Shown here: positions 14,425 through 28,205 of the stretch, one piece after another
How the letters are laid out: every line of letters begins with the position of its first letter
How positions within the stretch are numbered: position 1 is the stretch's first letter
Origin: Trichoplax adhaerens
Lineage: Eukaryota > Animalia > Placozoa
Assembly: GCF_000150275.1 (NCBI RefSeq)
Contig: NW_002060944.1
Location: 6,609,102-6,673,101 of the forward strand
Direction: 5' to 3'
Length of the DNA stretch: 64,000 nt
The notes under the pieces: model-generated
What the model was told of the DNA's origin: nothing
Databases searched by the model: none
Seen by the model: only the letters and a program-made list of their open reading frames with translations
Translations under genes and position numbers: made by a program

Positions 14425-15400
14425 GGTTGATCAATACGGATGGACAGGCGGACTACATCATGAAATGGACGAGTTCCTAGTGTACAGTGTACAGTACCGA
14501 GTTCCCCGTACAGTAGCCAGCAAGAGGGTGACAATGAAGTGGCATACAGTACGGGTGGACAGATGGACTACACCATGAAATGGAACAGTTCCTCCGAACT
14601 GTACTGAGTTCCCCGTACTGTACAGTCTACAGTACAGTCTACAGTAGCCAGTAAAGGGGCCACGGATGCCGTGGCCTACAAGGTTGGATGCTGGATCGGT
14701 ACGGATAGACAGATGGACTACATCATGAAATAGTACAGTTGACCAGCACAAGGGTCACGATGCAGTGGCATACAGTACGGGTGGACAGATGGACTACATC
14801 ATGAAATGGAACAGTTCCTCCGAACTGTACTGAGTTCCCCGTACTGTACAGTGTACAGTACAGTCTACAGTAGCCAGTAAAGGGGTCACGGATGCCGTGG
14901 CCTACAAGGTTGGATGCTGGATCGGTACGGATAGACAGATGGACTACATCATGAAATGGACCAGTTACTACTGTAGTGAGTTCCCCCTACAGTACAGTTG
15001 ACCAGCAAAAGGGTCACGATGCAGTGGCATACAGTGCGGATGGACAGATGGACTACATCATGAAATGGACGAGTTCCTCCGAACTGTACTGAGTTCCCCG
15101 TACAGTACAGTACAGTAGCCAGTAAAGGGGTCACGGATGCTGTGGCAATGTGACATACTGTACAAGGCTGGGTGGTTGATCAGTACGGATAGACAGATGG
15201 ACTACATCGTGAAATGGACGCGTTACTACTGTACTGTACTGAGTTCCCCGTACAGTGGCCAGCAAAAGGGTCACGATGCAGTGGCATACTGTACAGTACA
15301 GTACTGTGTACTGTACTGTGTACTGTACTCATGCCCCATTACTTTTTTAGCGAGGCTGGTTGATCAATACAGATGGACAGATGGACTACATCATGGACTG
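14425..15400. repeat. Composite higher-order minisatellite in the SGSM3/UQCRC2 divergent promoter (8 copies of a ~27-bp core)
   Basis: The core gacagatggactacatcatgaaatgga occurs at about 14442, 14557, 14707, 14783, 14933, 15042, 15191 and 15375 (partial), separated by two alternating related spacers (...gggtcacgatgcagtggcatacagt and ...ggggtcacggatgccgtggcctacaagg). Confidence 0.9.
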
Positions 15401-15512
15401 CACAGCGCACACCCGATTTTACACACAACAGTACAGTACAGTACTATACACTGTACAGTACTGTACTTTTTCCATGCGGCACGATGGTACTGTACACTGT
15501 ACACTGTACTCC
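15285..15512. promoter_or_regulatory. GTAC(A/T) pentamer arrays upstream of UQCRC2
   Basis: Three blocks, e.g. gtacagtacagtactgtgtactgtactgtgtactgtac, lie 110-340 bp upstream of the ATG at 15623. The arrays are seen directly; the regulatory role is inferred. Confidence 0.5.
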
Positions 15513-15622
15513 ATGAACGTGATGCAACTACCTTGGACAGACAGGCGAATGGACGACGCCGCCGTGATAGTCCCTCTTACACTCTCGGCAAGCCACTTTC
15601 TTCCTTCTACGAAGGTCCAGCC

Positions 15623-18600
15623 ATGTCTCATTTAAGTAGAATCGGTAAAACCTGCCATGGATCGCACATCCTGCCTAGAGTTGCATCTTCTATTCGCAAC
15701 GTAAGTAGACAAAAATGAATCATGCTTTGAATCAATGCACTCTTCAATTTGCTGTCCGAGTGAAGGAAAAAGACACTTGGGGAACCTATTCAACTTGGCT
15801 GGTCCCTTTTTTGCTCATACCAGTATACAGTATACTTGGTAGCGTATGGAAAAAAACTGCTCACTACAGTAGTGCTTTGGGCCTGTTCACCGTTTGCACG
15901 CCAATGGCGATGCCAAGTCGATGATACAACTTTGAAATGACACTCTTTCTCTCTTATTTTAGTCCAGGTTGTACTCAATGGCTGCTGTTCCCCTGTCTGA
16001 AACACCAAAACGAGAATGGAAACCCATTGAACGAAAACAACCACAACCAGCCCAGGTTAGTCTTTGTAAAAGTCATAGTAAGCCCCTAGTCACAGTCAGC
16101 GTTCCAAGCGGGGTCGATTTCATTTGCACACCATCCTACCGATGGTATAGATAGTTCTAGTCGGAGAGACGCCGTATGTTACAATGGACTAGGGCAATAT
16201 TTTCATCCATAGTATCATTAGTCAAGTTCAAAAAACTCTTTTCTACTACTGAATATCACATCCCTGATGATAGATTACACGTTTGGAGAATGGCATGACC
16301 GTTGCTTCCATTGAAGATTACTCGTCGACTACACGAATTGCTCTCTATGTCAATGCAGGCAGTCGTTACGAACGATTCAACACCTTAGGAGCTTCGCATG
16401 TTATGAAGATCTGCGCTTTCTTGGTAAGCCATCATTGCAAATTGTCATGCATCATTCTATCTGAAATTGGAGTTGATTTTGACACCGGTTTCATGTGTAT
16501 ATCATTAGGCTAACAAAGAAAATTCTGCATTGAAAATCACCAGAGAGGCGGAACTTTTAGGAGCTAACTTACAGTATGGAATAGGACAATGGCTATTTTA
16601 ATCAATCTTCATTCCATCTCACTACGTAGCAATTTACCATGAGTTAGAATACCTCATCATCGCCATCACTTATCCAATAATCATTTATATCTAGGGCCAA
16701 AAATACACGGGAGCACTTGATCATTTCCTCTGATTTTCTAAGAGATCGAGTGTAAGTATTGCAGCAGAGTTCATTTTTGATTCTCTCATCCACAACTGCT
16801 GAGTAATGGGTAGACTGTAAATGGAGACTTTGGACGCAATTTCAACGTCAATGCCATTAATAAATGGATAGCCAAATAGTGTACTGTAAATATCAATTGA
16901 TTCCTTCTGTGAATAAATGGGATATACTGTACTATAGTCAAGCTTATTGTTAGACTGTGCTAAAAATATCTTGAAATGTTTGCAACTTGGCGTTGATCCA
17001 TTTTTAACCAATACAGTATATCTTTCTCTTTTCTTGATTATACTTACTCTTAGCTATAAATAGATGTGTAGAGTACAATTTCTTGAATCTATTCTTTCTT
17101 ACAAGTTGTATACGTAAGACGTTAAGAAGGAGCACTTACCAAATTCTACTATATAGCACATACGATATTCTGTCCAATTCTTCTTACATTATAAAACTAT
17201 TTTTTTTTTTTTATCATCAGTCAACCTGTCTTGAGTATCATCGCCAGTACAGTCAAAGATCCTTGTTTCTATAGATGGGAGGTAAATATCAACGACCAAT
17301 GTTTACTATTTTATGAAATGTTACATCCATTTTTTAACTAGTCATCCTGATTTCGCCTGCCTTCTCTACAGGTCAATGATAGAAAAGATCACCTTTTTAC
17401 GGATTTAGCTGCTAAAGACACTGATATTCATGCAGGTCATTATCAATGTGATTTTACCACGTTTACTCCTAACTTTGAAACAATTGCTAGGTGTGTCAGA
17501 TTAGTTATGGTACTCATCTTACAACTATTTATTTCAGGCATCATGGAAGCTGTTCATCAGGTAGCATACAGGTATGAACGGAAACTTTCGCAACAACATA
17601 CAGTTGCTAAGGTTCATTCTATTATGGACTGTATAGAATTGTACCCATATTGTATACGAATACATGAGATGATGTTCTCAATGTGTCTTCTACTGATGAA
17701 TATCATTTAGAGGGCCACTTGCCAATTCTATTTATTGCCCATCATTCCGAGCAAATTCACTATTTTCTGATGTGGTAATGACTACTCCTTATAATTGTTG
17801 CCTTTAATATAGAATGGAATGCCCTTTAGATTATTACTTAATTCTTGTCGATTTTTTGATCGTGATAGCTCCAAAGCTTCGCTCAAGAGTGCTTTACTGG
17901 GCCTGCAATGACTCTTGTTGGATTAGGTTAATAGTGCAATTGTTGAAATTGCTTTGTGTTGTCATTACAACTATCTATCATCGGACTAAATCTTTTTCTT
18001 GGATATCATTCTATAGGCGTAAACCACGACGAATTCGTACAGATTGCATCATCATCCTTTGAAGGTATTTCTGCCAAAAGACCTGGTGAAAAGCAAAAGT
18101 CTTTCTACGTTGGAGGTAACTCATAACTTTTCAAGTGATATCTGTTCTCCTTTGATGCTATAAAATCCACTCTATATTGAGCTTTATAATTGACTCATAT
18201 GATATCTTTCCAATATTAGGTGATGCTCGCTGGTGGGCGGACTCACCGTTGGTCAATGCAGCAGTTGTTACCGAAGGTGTCGGGTTAGTTGCTGTTTTGT
18301 TAACAACTGCAGTCAAACCAACTGTTTCTAACTATTATTGCTCGTTGTTGTACTATAGCTTGGAAGACAAAGATATACTAGCGGCTGGTTTATTAACGGT
18401 AGGATAAATTATGATGATACGGTAAAAGTGTAAAAATGGATAGAATTCCTAAATGATGCTTTCTAAATATAGAGAATATTAGGCGGTTCTCCATTAATTA
18501 AGTATGGAAACAATACTGAGACCTCAAGGTAAGGATCATAAAGTTAAGTGTAACCCTTAAACCTAGCTATTAACAGTTATGTACGCTTTATAATGTTGTA

Positions 18601-19567
18601 GACTATCGAAAAGCGTCAGCGAAGCCACTACTTCACCATACACAGTAAGTAAATTAAATAAGTATTGTACTGATAATTGGTGCAGTATTAATAATAACGA
18701 TTCTATTTACCGGTTACAGATTTAAAAGCTAGATTATAATTGCTCGAAATTATTTACATGTCTATTTTTTTTTTTTACTAGGTCTCTAGTTTGAATATAA
18801 ATTACTCAGATTCTGGACTTCTTGGTAGTTATGTAATTGCCAACGCAGCCGATATTGATAAAGTATGATATATTGTTGGCGATTTGATTTGCCTGTCTGT
18901 AATCTACGTTCACATAGATGTGACTGTATAGTTCTGATATTGTCATATGCTTTCAGGTTTTAAAGGCCATTGTTAATCAGTATCGCAGTGTCGCTGAGAA
19001 GGGTATATCAAATGATGAATTGACTAGAGCAAAGTAAGCAAGAAATTTTACACGGTGTAAAAAAATCTGGTCTATTAATATGTATTAAAAAATGGTTTGA
19101 TTTAATTTGTTGCAGAAATCAGCTAAAAGCATATGCAGCTATGTCATATGAGAATCCTGCATCTATTATGCAAGATCTTGCAGTGCAGGTAATGCACGTA
19201 CATATACTTGCAAGTGGTTGTATTCGTTATTTGTATAAACTCCTTACATTCCCTTTTCATTTACGTCCATATCAACCTGATATTGTTTGTCATTTTTTTC
19301 ACAAATCTTTATTGAATTAGGCTGGATACACTGGAAGCTATAAATCTCCCGTTGATGTTTTAAACGAAGTTGATAAAGCATCTGTTGAAGATGTCGTTAA
19401 GGTGTGTTTTTATCTACTATTTGAATTTATTTTATTTTTAGATATTTACTCCATTTCTCACTGTTCATGAACACTTTGTGATGTTGATATAGGTCGCAAA
19501 ACGACTATTTAGTGCACCTCTTACGCTTGTTGCAAGTGGTAATATCGAAAAAGTGCCTGCTCTGTAA
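15623..19567 (+). CDS. UQCRC2: Cytochrome b-c1 complex core protein 2 (non-catalytic M16 peptidase family), 20 exons
   Basis: Presequence-like MSHLSRIGKTCHGSHILPRVASSIRN|SRLYS, then ITRLENGMTVAS...AGSRYE...GASHVMKICAF (no HxxEH motif), LGGSPLIKYGNNTETSRL (no PMPCA glycine-rich loop), NYSDSGLLG, ELTRAKNQLKA, ending SGNIEKVPAL*. All introns are GT-AG and phase-consistent. Confidence 0.92.
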
Positions 19568-20030
19568 TCGCTGAAAAAAAATAAGCTATAGATGATATTT
19601 ACATTTATAGTTTATGTTTATAGTAGCACAACATGTTTAAAACTTCGCATCTATCACATGCTCATCCGCTATTTTCAACTGTAATCATACATTTTTGAAT
19701 TTTATGATTAAGAATTATAGTGCTACTAATTTGAATGACCAAAGTTATTGTAGTAATATCTTCGAAATAAAGTATGAAAGCTAATGTTTAAAAAAATGCC
19801 TTGAGTTCAATTTTATTTCAGGACATATGCAAGATAATCGACGATATCTGTAGTGATAAAGTCCAATTTTTTTTTAGCTTTATAAGTTATTAAGAGTACG
19901 CTACTTAGTACTTAGGCTATAGCGAATCTATAGCGAATCTATTACCTCATTTCATTACTAGCCTGTGCTAGGATAAGTTCTTAATGTAAGTATGGATATA
20001 AATATAGTACTGTGGAATAGGCCTTCAATG

Positions 20031-21659
20031 TCACGAAGAAAAATTTAAAAATTGAATAAGTTTAGTCGGTATTGGTAACTGGCTCATCCGATCTTCACTC
20101 TTCTTTACCAACTTTCGAATTTTTAAGCGACAAAAATTGATGAGTGACATCGGTATGTCTAAATAAGATAATAATGCACCGTATTGCCATACCTTAGTAT
20201 GCTCACTAGACAATAACATACAAGCTAAAAATTTAAAACTACTTGAAAGATTGTTAAGAGAATTGAATACCTTCAGCATCATGTAATAGCTTTAAGGTTG
20301 GTGGATGGCTTGACGCTAAATTTGATGGTCGCTTACCAAATTTATCCATACGTTTGGGATCTGCACCCAATTCTAGGAGTAATACGATCGCATCATATGC
20401 CCCTATGCTAGCACTAACATGTAGCGGGGTTCTACCATGACAATCTGCAATATCGACAACTAAGTTGTATCGAAGTAGTAATTGAATGCACTCAATAGCA
20501 CGGCTATCACAATTACTGCAAGTTAAATATAATGGAGTTCTATGAAGTTTATCGACAGCGTTAACATCGAATCCTTGTTTAAGTAAAATTTCCACACACT
20601 CTATATTACATTCTTCGCATGCAAGGTGAAGGGGGTTTTGTTTATTCGCATTATGGGTATTGAGTTTTGCTCCGGCTTGAATAAGTAATTGTAAGCAATC
20701 AGCTTGACCCTCTCTTGCGGCAAGCATTAATGGGGTATCGGGCGAGTTTGTTTCAATATTTGCACCAGCTTGGATTAAGATTCTACAATACGTATGATGA
20801 CCAAATAAGAGTATTACTATAGAATATTTTTCCATTTTGAAACTTTTCATACTGTATTTTAGTTTATTTATTTAATTATACCTATTATCGATAATACTAG
20901 ACATAAAATATTCATTACCATTTTAAAAGTCCGTATTGAAAAGTTTTGTACTTTTCCAACAGGTGTCAATTGATGACTTTGTTATTATAACATAATTTTA
21001 AAATATCTCTTACTGCTTTCACTTTTTAGTGTCTTAATGCTTCATTAACCTTAATAGAGTAATATTTACACCTGATTGATGATTGGATGTACAGAATAGC
21101 TTAGCATGACTAAATCCCAATCCTAAAAGCCTATTGAACTGTAGATTAAGTAAAAGTTTACCATATTCGATATTACTTTAAGGATACCGAAAAGAACAGT
21201 TCTATGCGTACAGTTATTCTATACTACTTTCGATCGGATTAAGGAGGCATCTCACCTAACACATTCAGAATGGCCAGAAAAAGTAGCTACCCACAACGGA
21301 GTCCATCCAGTCGAATTTTCTCGTATCCCTTCGGCACAAGCGCCCATTTGCAGTAAGTACTTTACAATTTCGAAATGGCCTTCTTTAGCTGCAATCACTA
21401 AAGGAGTATTAGCAGCACCATCAGTAGTATTAATGTTAATGTGGAAATCTTGGCTATTTTTAGAGAGTATTCTTTGAACTTTTTGGATATCTCCTCGCCT
21501 GGATGATCGGATCAATGACGACTGTAATTTGTCGATCATGGTAAATTTATATCTATCGTCGTTTATATTTTGATAAATTAAATCATCATCTCGGTAATTA
21601 TTCTCGTTATTTTCTTCGCCGCTCTCGTTATCACTAGATAACGAGAGAGCACTGCCCAT
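20031..21659 (-). CDS. Ankyrin repeat and SOCS box (ASB-family) protein; exons 21659-21256, 20782-20271, 20158-20031
   Basis: About 7 ankyrin repeats (TPLVIAAKEGH, TPLWVATFSGH, TPLMLAAREGQ, NPLHLAC, TPLHVSA) and a C-terminal SOCS box (PMSLINFCRLKIRK...LPIPTKLIQFL). Splice phases are consistent. Confidence 0.88.
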
Positions 21660-22745
21660 ATTTACAGTATTTGATTAGATTAGGGTGTTTCTGTTAGTTA
21701 ATGAGATTGATGGTATCGCTAGGGTAAATACTGTAGGTATGATAATTATTTAGACATTGCAATGCCTGAGAATAATCCGTTATATCGTATTCTTATATTC
21801 AAGAGATATGCCATACAGAATCGAATTGTTGTGCTTCCGATTAAAAACGCTTATTTTGGATGCTGCACTCTTCAACGATGAACCTATAACAATATTAACA
21901 ACATAAATCAAATCGTTAATACTACTATAATCTGTCTAATGTACTTTGCGCTTGTGAACAAATCAATAAACCTCGTTCTACAGTATAATTAACTACGATC
22001 GAGAAAAGAATTGTTGCCTAAAAGGAGAGAAACATAAATTGACGATGTCAATATCTTCATTGACTTACTTTGATATTAACTCGGCAGATTATGGCTACTA
22101 TCCCTTAAGCAAGTTTGAATAGGTAGGAATTCATTCAGTTGTTGTTTCAAGTCGTCAAAGCGTAGTACTGTAAAAAGAATTTAGTATCCAAGGTCGCTAA
22201 ATTTAATTATCTATATATACATTTGTTCCCATCAGACCTTTCCAGGCTATGCAAATGCCTACTTTATATACTTTACATCGAGCAAAAGAGAGCACTAGCT
22301 GGAATATGGATATACGTATATACAGTATACGTATGTCTACAGCAGGAGAATTTTCTATAAGATGCACCTAAGTCAGTATTTAAACAGGAACTTGCTTTAC
22401 AAATTGTCTCTTTCTACCTTATCATGCTTAATATGAATGAATAGTTAATCCAATACACGTAAAGAACGGGTTATGAGACAAAATCTACTAATTTACGAGC
22501 GTTTCTTAGCAGATTGAGCATTTGATTTCTACCTTGAAGTATAGAAATATCGTCAAGTTGAAACTATCATAATGGCTCAGTTTGATTACTGTAACACACA
22601 GTGTTGTATCAACCTATTATCCAATTCAGTATACATGACATGCCCCTTTTCTATACTGTACTGCACTACTACAATCGCTCCTGCCCTAACTTTTGCTGCT
22701 CCATTTCTTGAACAGCTTACGGTAAATGCCAGCAAAGAACGAACT

Positions 22746-25700
22746 ATGAAACAAAATCTGCCAATCTATAAATGTCTCAAGCAGATTCTTCAGATCATCG
22801 ACAATTCTAATCCCGTTGTTATTGTGGGTAGTACTGGAAGTGGTAAAACAACTCAACTACCACAGTATCTCCTTGAGAATGGTTATGGTCGCCATGGTGT
22901 TATTGGAGTATCTCAGCCCAGACGGGTTGCAGCTATTTCAGTAGCTACAAGAGTTGCCGAAGAGATGAAATGTGATCTAGGTATCTCAGAGAGTGTAAAG
23001 GACTGTGTGCATCATTTTTAGAACTATCTTTCAGATCTGATGTTGTTAATTTCACTCTAATGCTTTACCTACATACGCATAAACTGTACGAGGTAGAGTA
23101 AAGATGATCTTTGCATGGATGTTATGATAGAGCAAATACAGTAGTCATACAATGACTACAGAGGGATAGCGTGTTATTAGACTAATGTATGTATCATAAG
23201 ATACCTACTCTTCCCTAAATCAGTCATACTGCATTAGTGGTGTTTAGTTAATGTAGTGAGATGGATTAAAACAGTAATTCCATGCTAAAATGGAGCAAAT
23301 GGTTTAATTCGTATAGATAATACCTTAATTTCATTCATTCCACTTTATACCCTGGTGGGAGGGTTGATACGTATCGGTTAATTTTGCTAATTCAAGTCCT
23401 ACATTTTAAACTTATACAGCTGAATTTACGATCTTTGTAGGGTCTACCGTTGGTTATCAGGTTCGTTTTGATAATTGTACTTCAGATGAAACCAAGATCA
23501 AGTATATGACAGATGGATGCTTGCTGCGCGAATTTCTTGATGATCGATATCTAAGCCGATACAGTGTCGTAATTCTAGATGAAGCTCATGAAAGAAGCCT
23601 AGATACGGTAAGATCCTGTACAACTTTGATCATAATGTTAATTTGCACTTAGCATAGGCTCAAACTTTTAATTAACTCCTCTTAAATTAGTTGTATTGAT
23701 TCGCTATGAAAGTTTGTTTTGAGCTATAATGTGGATCAAGCATAATTTATAAAGGATTTTTGATGATAACCCCAATCTTTTTATGATTAGAGTATAATTT
23801 AATAAAATTTTTTTCATATTTCTGACAGGATATTCTGTTTGGCTTATCAAAAGCACTATTCTTGCGTACTGATGAAACAGATGAAGAATCGACCCCAAGT
23901 AAACGTAGCAACCCTCTTAAAGTGATCATCATGTCAGCGACCCTTAATTATCAGCAGTTCTCTGAATTTTTCAATAATTGTCCAGTATTTAATATACCTG
24001 GACAAATCTATCCTGTTGAAGAAATTTATTGTAATTATATTACCGTTAAGAATGTAGATAATCCGGGTTACATATCAAAGGTAACTACGATTGCTCTTTG
24101 GCCTTTGCATTTTCGTAACTTGGTGACAAAATTTTAGCTATTGGTCCACATTAATAATTATACTCATTACGCCTTTCATGTATTTCTTTTCTAATTATTA
24201 GGCTGTAGATACGGTTATGGACATCCATATGACTTGCCCTTCAGGCGATATTCTTGTTTTTCTGACTGGCCAAGCTGAAATTGAAAAAGTTTGTGATATG
24301 TTGTATGCAAAGGCGGAAAATGTAAATTATCAATACGATGTTCAAGACGAACGCGTAAAGGCTATGCTAATTTTGCCTCTCTATGGATCAATGCAAACAG
24401 GTAAAGAACTATTATTTTATTCTAAATACTGTAGCGTAACTTGCATGAAAATAGATGCGTAATATTTCTTCACAATAAACTAAGTATTGGGTATGTATGT
24501 TGCATAGATTTGCAGCAGAGAGTGTTCGATGAATGTGAGACGTGGATACGTAAGATTATAGTTGCTACTAATATTGCTGGAACATCACTTACTATTGATG
24601 GCATCAGGTATTTGAATAATAAAGATATTGAAACTGTAGAATGTAAGATGTGTTGGTCTACCTACATCTTTATATGCGCATCAAATAGAAGGTTATTGCA
24701 TGATATTAATCTTCATTGTATTCAATTATGTAAACTGCGTTGGATGAAAGATATATCGTTGATAGCGGCTTTGTTAAGCAATTGTCTTATAATGCATCTA
24801 ACGGTATGGAGAGTCTGGAAGTAGTACTAATTTCAAGGTATACAGATTAAGATGTCGCAAATTTTGACAATAAAAATAGTCATCCTATGTTTTTGATCAG
24901 TTAATTACCTGTATTTTTCGATAAAATTATTTAGCCTAAATAATTTCGCACACCAAAGGCTTGTAAACTAGTTATACATTGTAGGAAATTGTTTTAGTGA
25001 TACTTTTATGAATGTGTATATTGCACGCTATTGGGATTTCTACAGTTTTCTGTGGCTACAATAGTTGAACTGTATTTTTGGCATTTTCAAATTTTATAGA
25101 TCTGAAGCGGACCAACGAAAAGGGAGGGCTGGAAGAACTTCGTCCGGAAAGTGCTACAGACTGTACTCAAAGTATAAAAATAGGGAAAATTAATAATTTG
25201 CTATAGAATATATATATACACTGATGATTACACCTGTCGAAGGTTATGTGATGTTACAATGTACTGTCTACGCACATTTAATGCCTTAAATATATCTATT
25301 GTCAGATTTTTTGTTATAGGTCATACTGTAGAGCGAGAATACATATTAACCTATGCTTACATAATGATCATTTTAATCAAGTTGTTTTTTATTTCATATC
25401 ATTAACTAGAGATGTATATGAAAAGGTTATGAAAAAAGATACCATCCCGGAAATTCAGCGTGCAAACTTAAGCAAAGTTGTTCTAAGCTTAAAATGCATG
25501 AATATAAATAATGTTCTTCACTTTCATTACCTTGATCCACCTAGTGAACGCTTGCTTTTGCGGGCACTATGGCAATTATATGTAATTGGAGCTATCAATA
25601 AGTATGTATTGCGATAGTAGCTGTAAGAGCATAATATTGATTACGAATAAGGAGTAGATATGTGGTCAATATAAGGTAATTCGGTTTTTCATGCTAATTA

Positions 25701-27213
25701 GAGAAGGGTATGTGACCGAAAGTGGAAGAAAAATTATTCAGTTTCCAGTTACACCAAATTTAGCTAAGGCGCTTGTAGAATCATGGAAATATAACTGTTG
25801 CGACTACCTTCTACCTATAGCAGCAATGCTGTCTGTAGAAAATGTATTCGTTAAACCAGGTATTAAGTCTTGTCGGCAAAATTTTCAAAATATTTTTGTT
25901 TTAAAAGCTAGAGTAAACCGTTATTGAATACTAGGACGAGAAGATAGGATGGAAGAGGCTAACAATGCTCATACAACGCTGGCAGATTTGACTGGTGGAA
26001 AAAATGATTTTGCAACTTTACTTTCTGTATATAGTAGCTATCATGATAGGTATGACTATCACTTATCTTATTCCCTTCTTTATTCATTCTTTGAATATTT
26101 TAATTGCTATTACTGTATAATTTTTATAATTTGTAAACTTAATGATTGCCAGTACTTCGCCTTCGAGATGGTGTAAAGATAACTATATTCACATGCGAGC
26201 TTTGAAAACTGCTACTTCTATCCATAAACAGTTACGGCGAATACTTACAACGATTATGCAGGTAAAAATTTATTGTCTGTTTTAGATTACTTACTCTACT
26301 GTTTTATTTTCATACCTTATTTACAATTAATCATAACTCTTTTTGGACTAGTGGGTAAAAATTTAACGAAAGTATTTTATTGAAATTATAACATAGACGG
26401 AAGAAAATCAACCAAACCTTTCATCACAAGGGAAATCTAATGAACGACTTCGTCGTTGTTTATGCGCTGGCTATTTCTGCAATATTGCGAGAAAGTACTT
26501 CAACTGTTGTTATTAAGGATATATTAACTTTCGTTTGTCTCTCTACAGAAGATACTGTAGCTATTTACGCAACATTATTATCTCTATGATTACAGATGCG
26601 AGGTTGGTCGTAGCTTTCGCACCATGGATGGTCATGGCACCGTTATTTCTATACATCCGTCATCAGCGGTATGTCATGACGATAGTTTTAACTCGTATAA
26701 AACTTATTGCAAATAAAATGGTTGGCAGAACTCGTATAGATATAGTTGGGCTTCATTTTTGATTTTGATTTATAACATTTTATATGATTAGCTTCATGGC
26801 AAGGAAGATATGCTTGATTGGATAATATTTCATGAAATAGTATGTACTAGTAGAGTTTACGTCAGGATAGTTTGTCCGGTGAAACACGAATGGGTGAAAG
26901 ATTGGCTACCGAGGTTGCACGATGTTGATCCATACGCCTTGAGTCAATGTCTAACAATGGCCAACAATAGCCAATCTGTGACTGTAACTGATAATACCAA
27001 CTCCACTCAGAATGATTCATCTGGTATTTGAATGCTCCGTATTTTTGTGCAACTTTTAAAAATTTGAATACTTTATACACTATATGATATTTGATGTCGG
27101 TTAGTGTAAAGTAATTATTATTTCAATCTATAGACTTTTTACATGAAGAGATCAAGAAGTTGCAACGTAGAAATACTGGTGAATCAGTTATGGAAGCTAG
27201 AGAGCGTTTTTAA
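22746..27213 (+). CDS. DHX40: DEAH-box RNA helicase DHX40
   Basis: [53 protein letters not shown], plus DHX40-like [18 protein letters not shown] and C-terminal [17 protein letters not shown]. The stop as sequenced is 27211-27213, possibly 27234-27236 (see findings). The start codon is uncertain. Confidence 0.88.
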
Positions 27214-28205
27214 AGAGAATGAAAGCAAAGAAATAACGCGACAACTGCATACAAGCATGTGCTGTGTTATTAATAATTAATTAACGCGATTGCTATAAGC
27301 AAATTTAAAGAAAACTACAGTCCATACCTGATGGTAATACTGTAGTATTATACAGTGGTATACTCATGAGAATATTTTAACAGGATTTATTGATAAATAT
27401 AGTATTTTAGACAGCAATTGATTACGTTATGTTGTGTTAATATTTCTTCATGATAAAATACCCATCTCATTCCAGCCAGTAAATACGAATAAACAAATGG
27501 CGTGATGTCGTGTAAAAAGATGAATACTGCATGCTGTACTATATCTGTACAATTGTGCTTCATAACATATATAATAATGTATTTATACATGCGTTTGTAT
27601 ATAAATGTTGACATTATGCAGTCAATGACTTTATGGGCATGCTGTACCAACTGACTGTATGTTTAAATTGATGTACTCTTATACTAGTATGTGTTCTATG
27701 AATAGGCAGCACAGACCATTTAATTAACGAATTAATTTTTATTTTCTCTCTCTATATTGTTAGCGGAGTACTTCGGTATAAACATTCTTAAAAGGAGAAA
27801 GATTAATTAATTAGCTGGTTATTATAAGTCAGACTGACGTTCTACTATACAGTAGCTGTATGTAAGTTGCTTGAAGTTTAACGCTGGGTCTATCCTCGTT
27901 TGGTGTTTAGCCCGATGTTTAATTCTAGTGACATCTATGATTGTATCGAATAATGATAACTATGATAGTAAAAGTGATTGAGGTGAAGACTGCTTGTTTC
28001 TTATTGATCAATTATAATTATTAAAAATTACTTGTAACATGAAGATGAAATATTAAAAAATCCAGTCGACACTACAGTCTTGTGTATTTACTAGTATACT
28101 TGAACCTTTGATTTCAATTTTGATTGATTTTCTCTATCGTTTGCTCAACAATAGTAGTACACGATGAAAAGTATGGTATTACTTTAAAATATATGACTTA
28201 CTATA

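Noticed and set aside
14425-15400. CRISPR-like look: a conserved ~27-bp repeat with spacers
   Set aside because: The spacers are long, related to each other and alternate; the context is eukaryotic with no cas genes. It is a minisatellite.
14458-15635. Several Cys/Tyr/Thr/Val-rich ORFs on both strands
   Set aside because: They are translations of the TACAG/CTGTA repeat with no domain signal.
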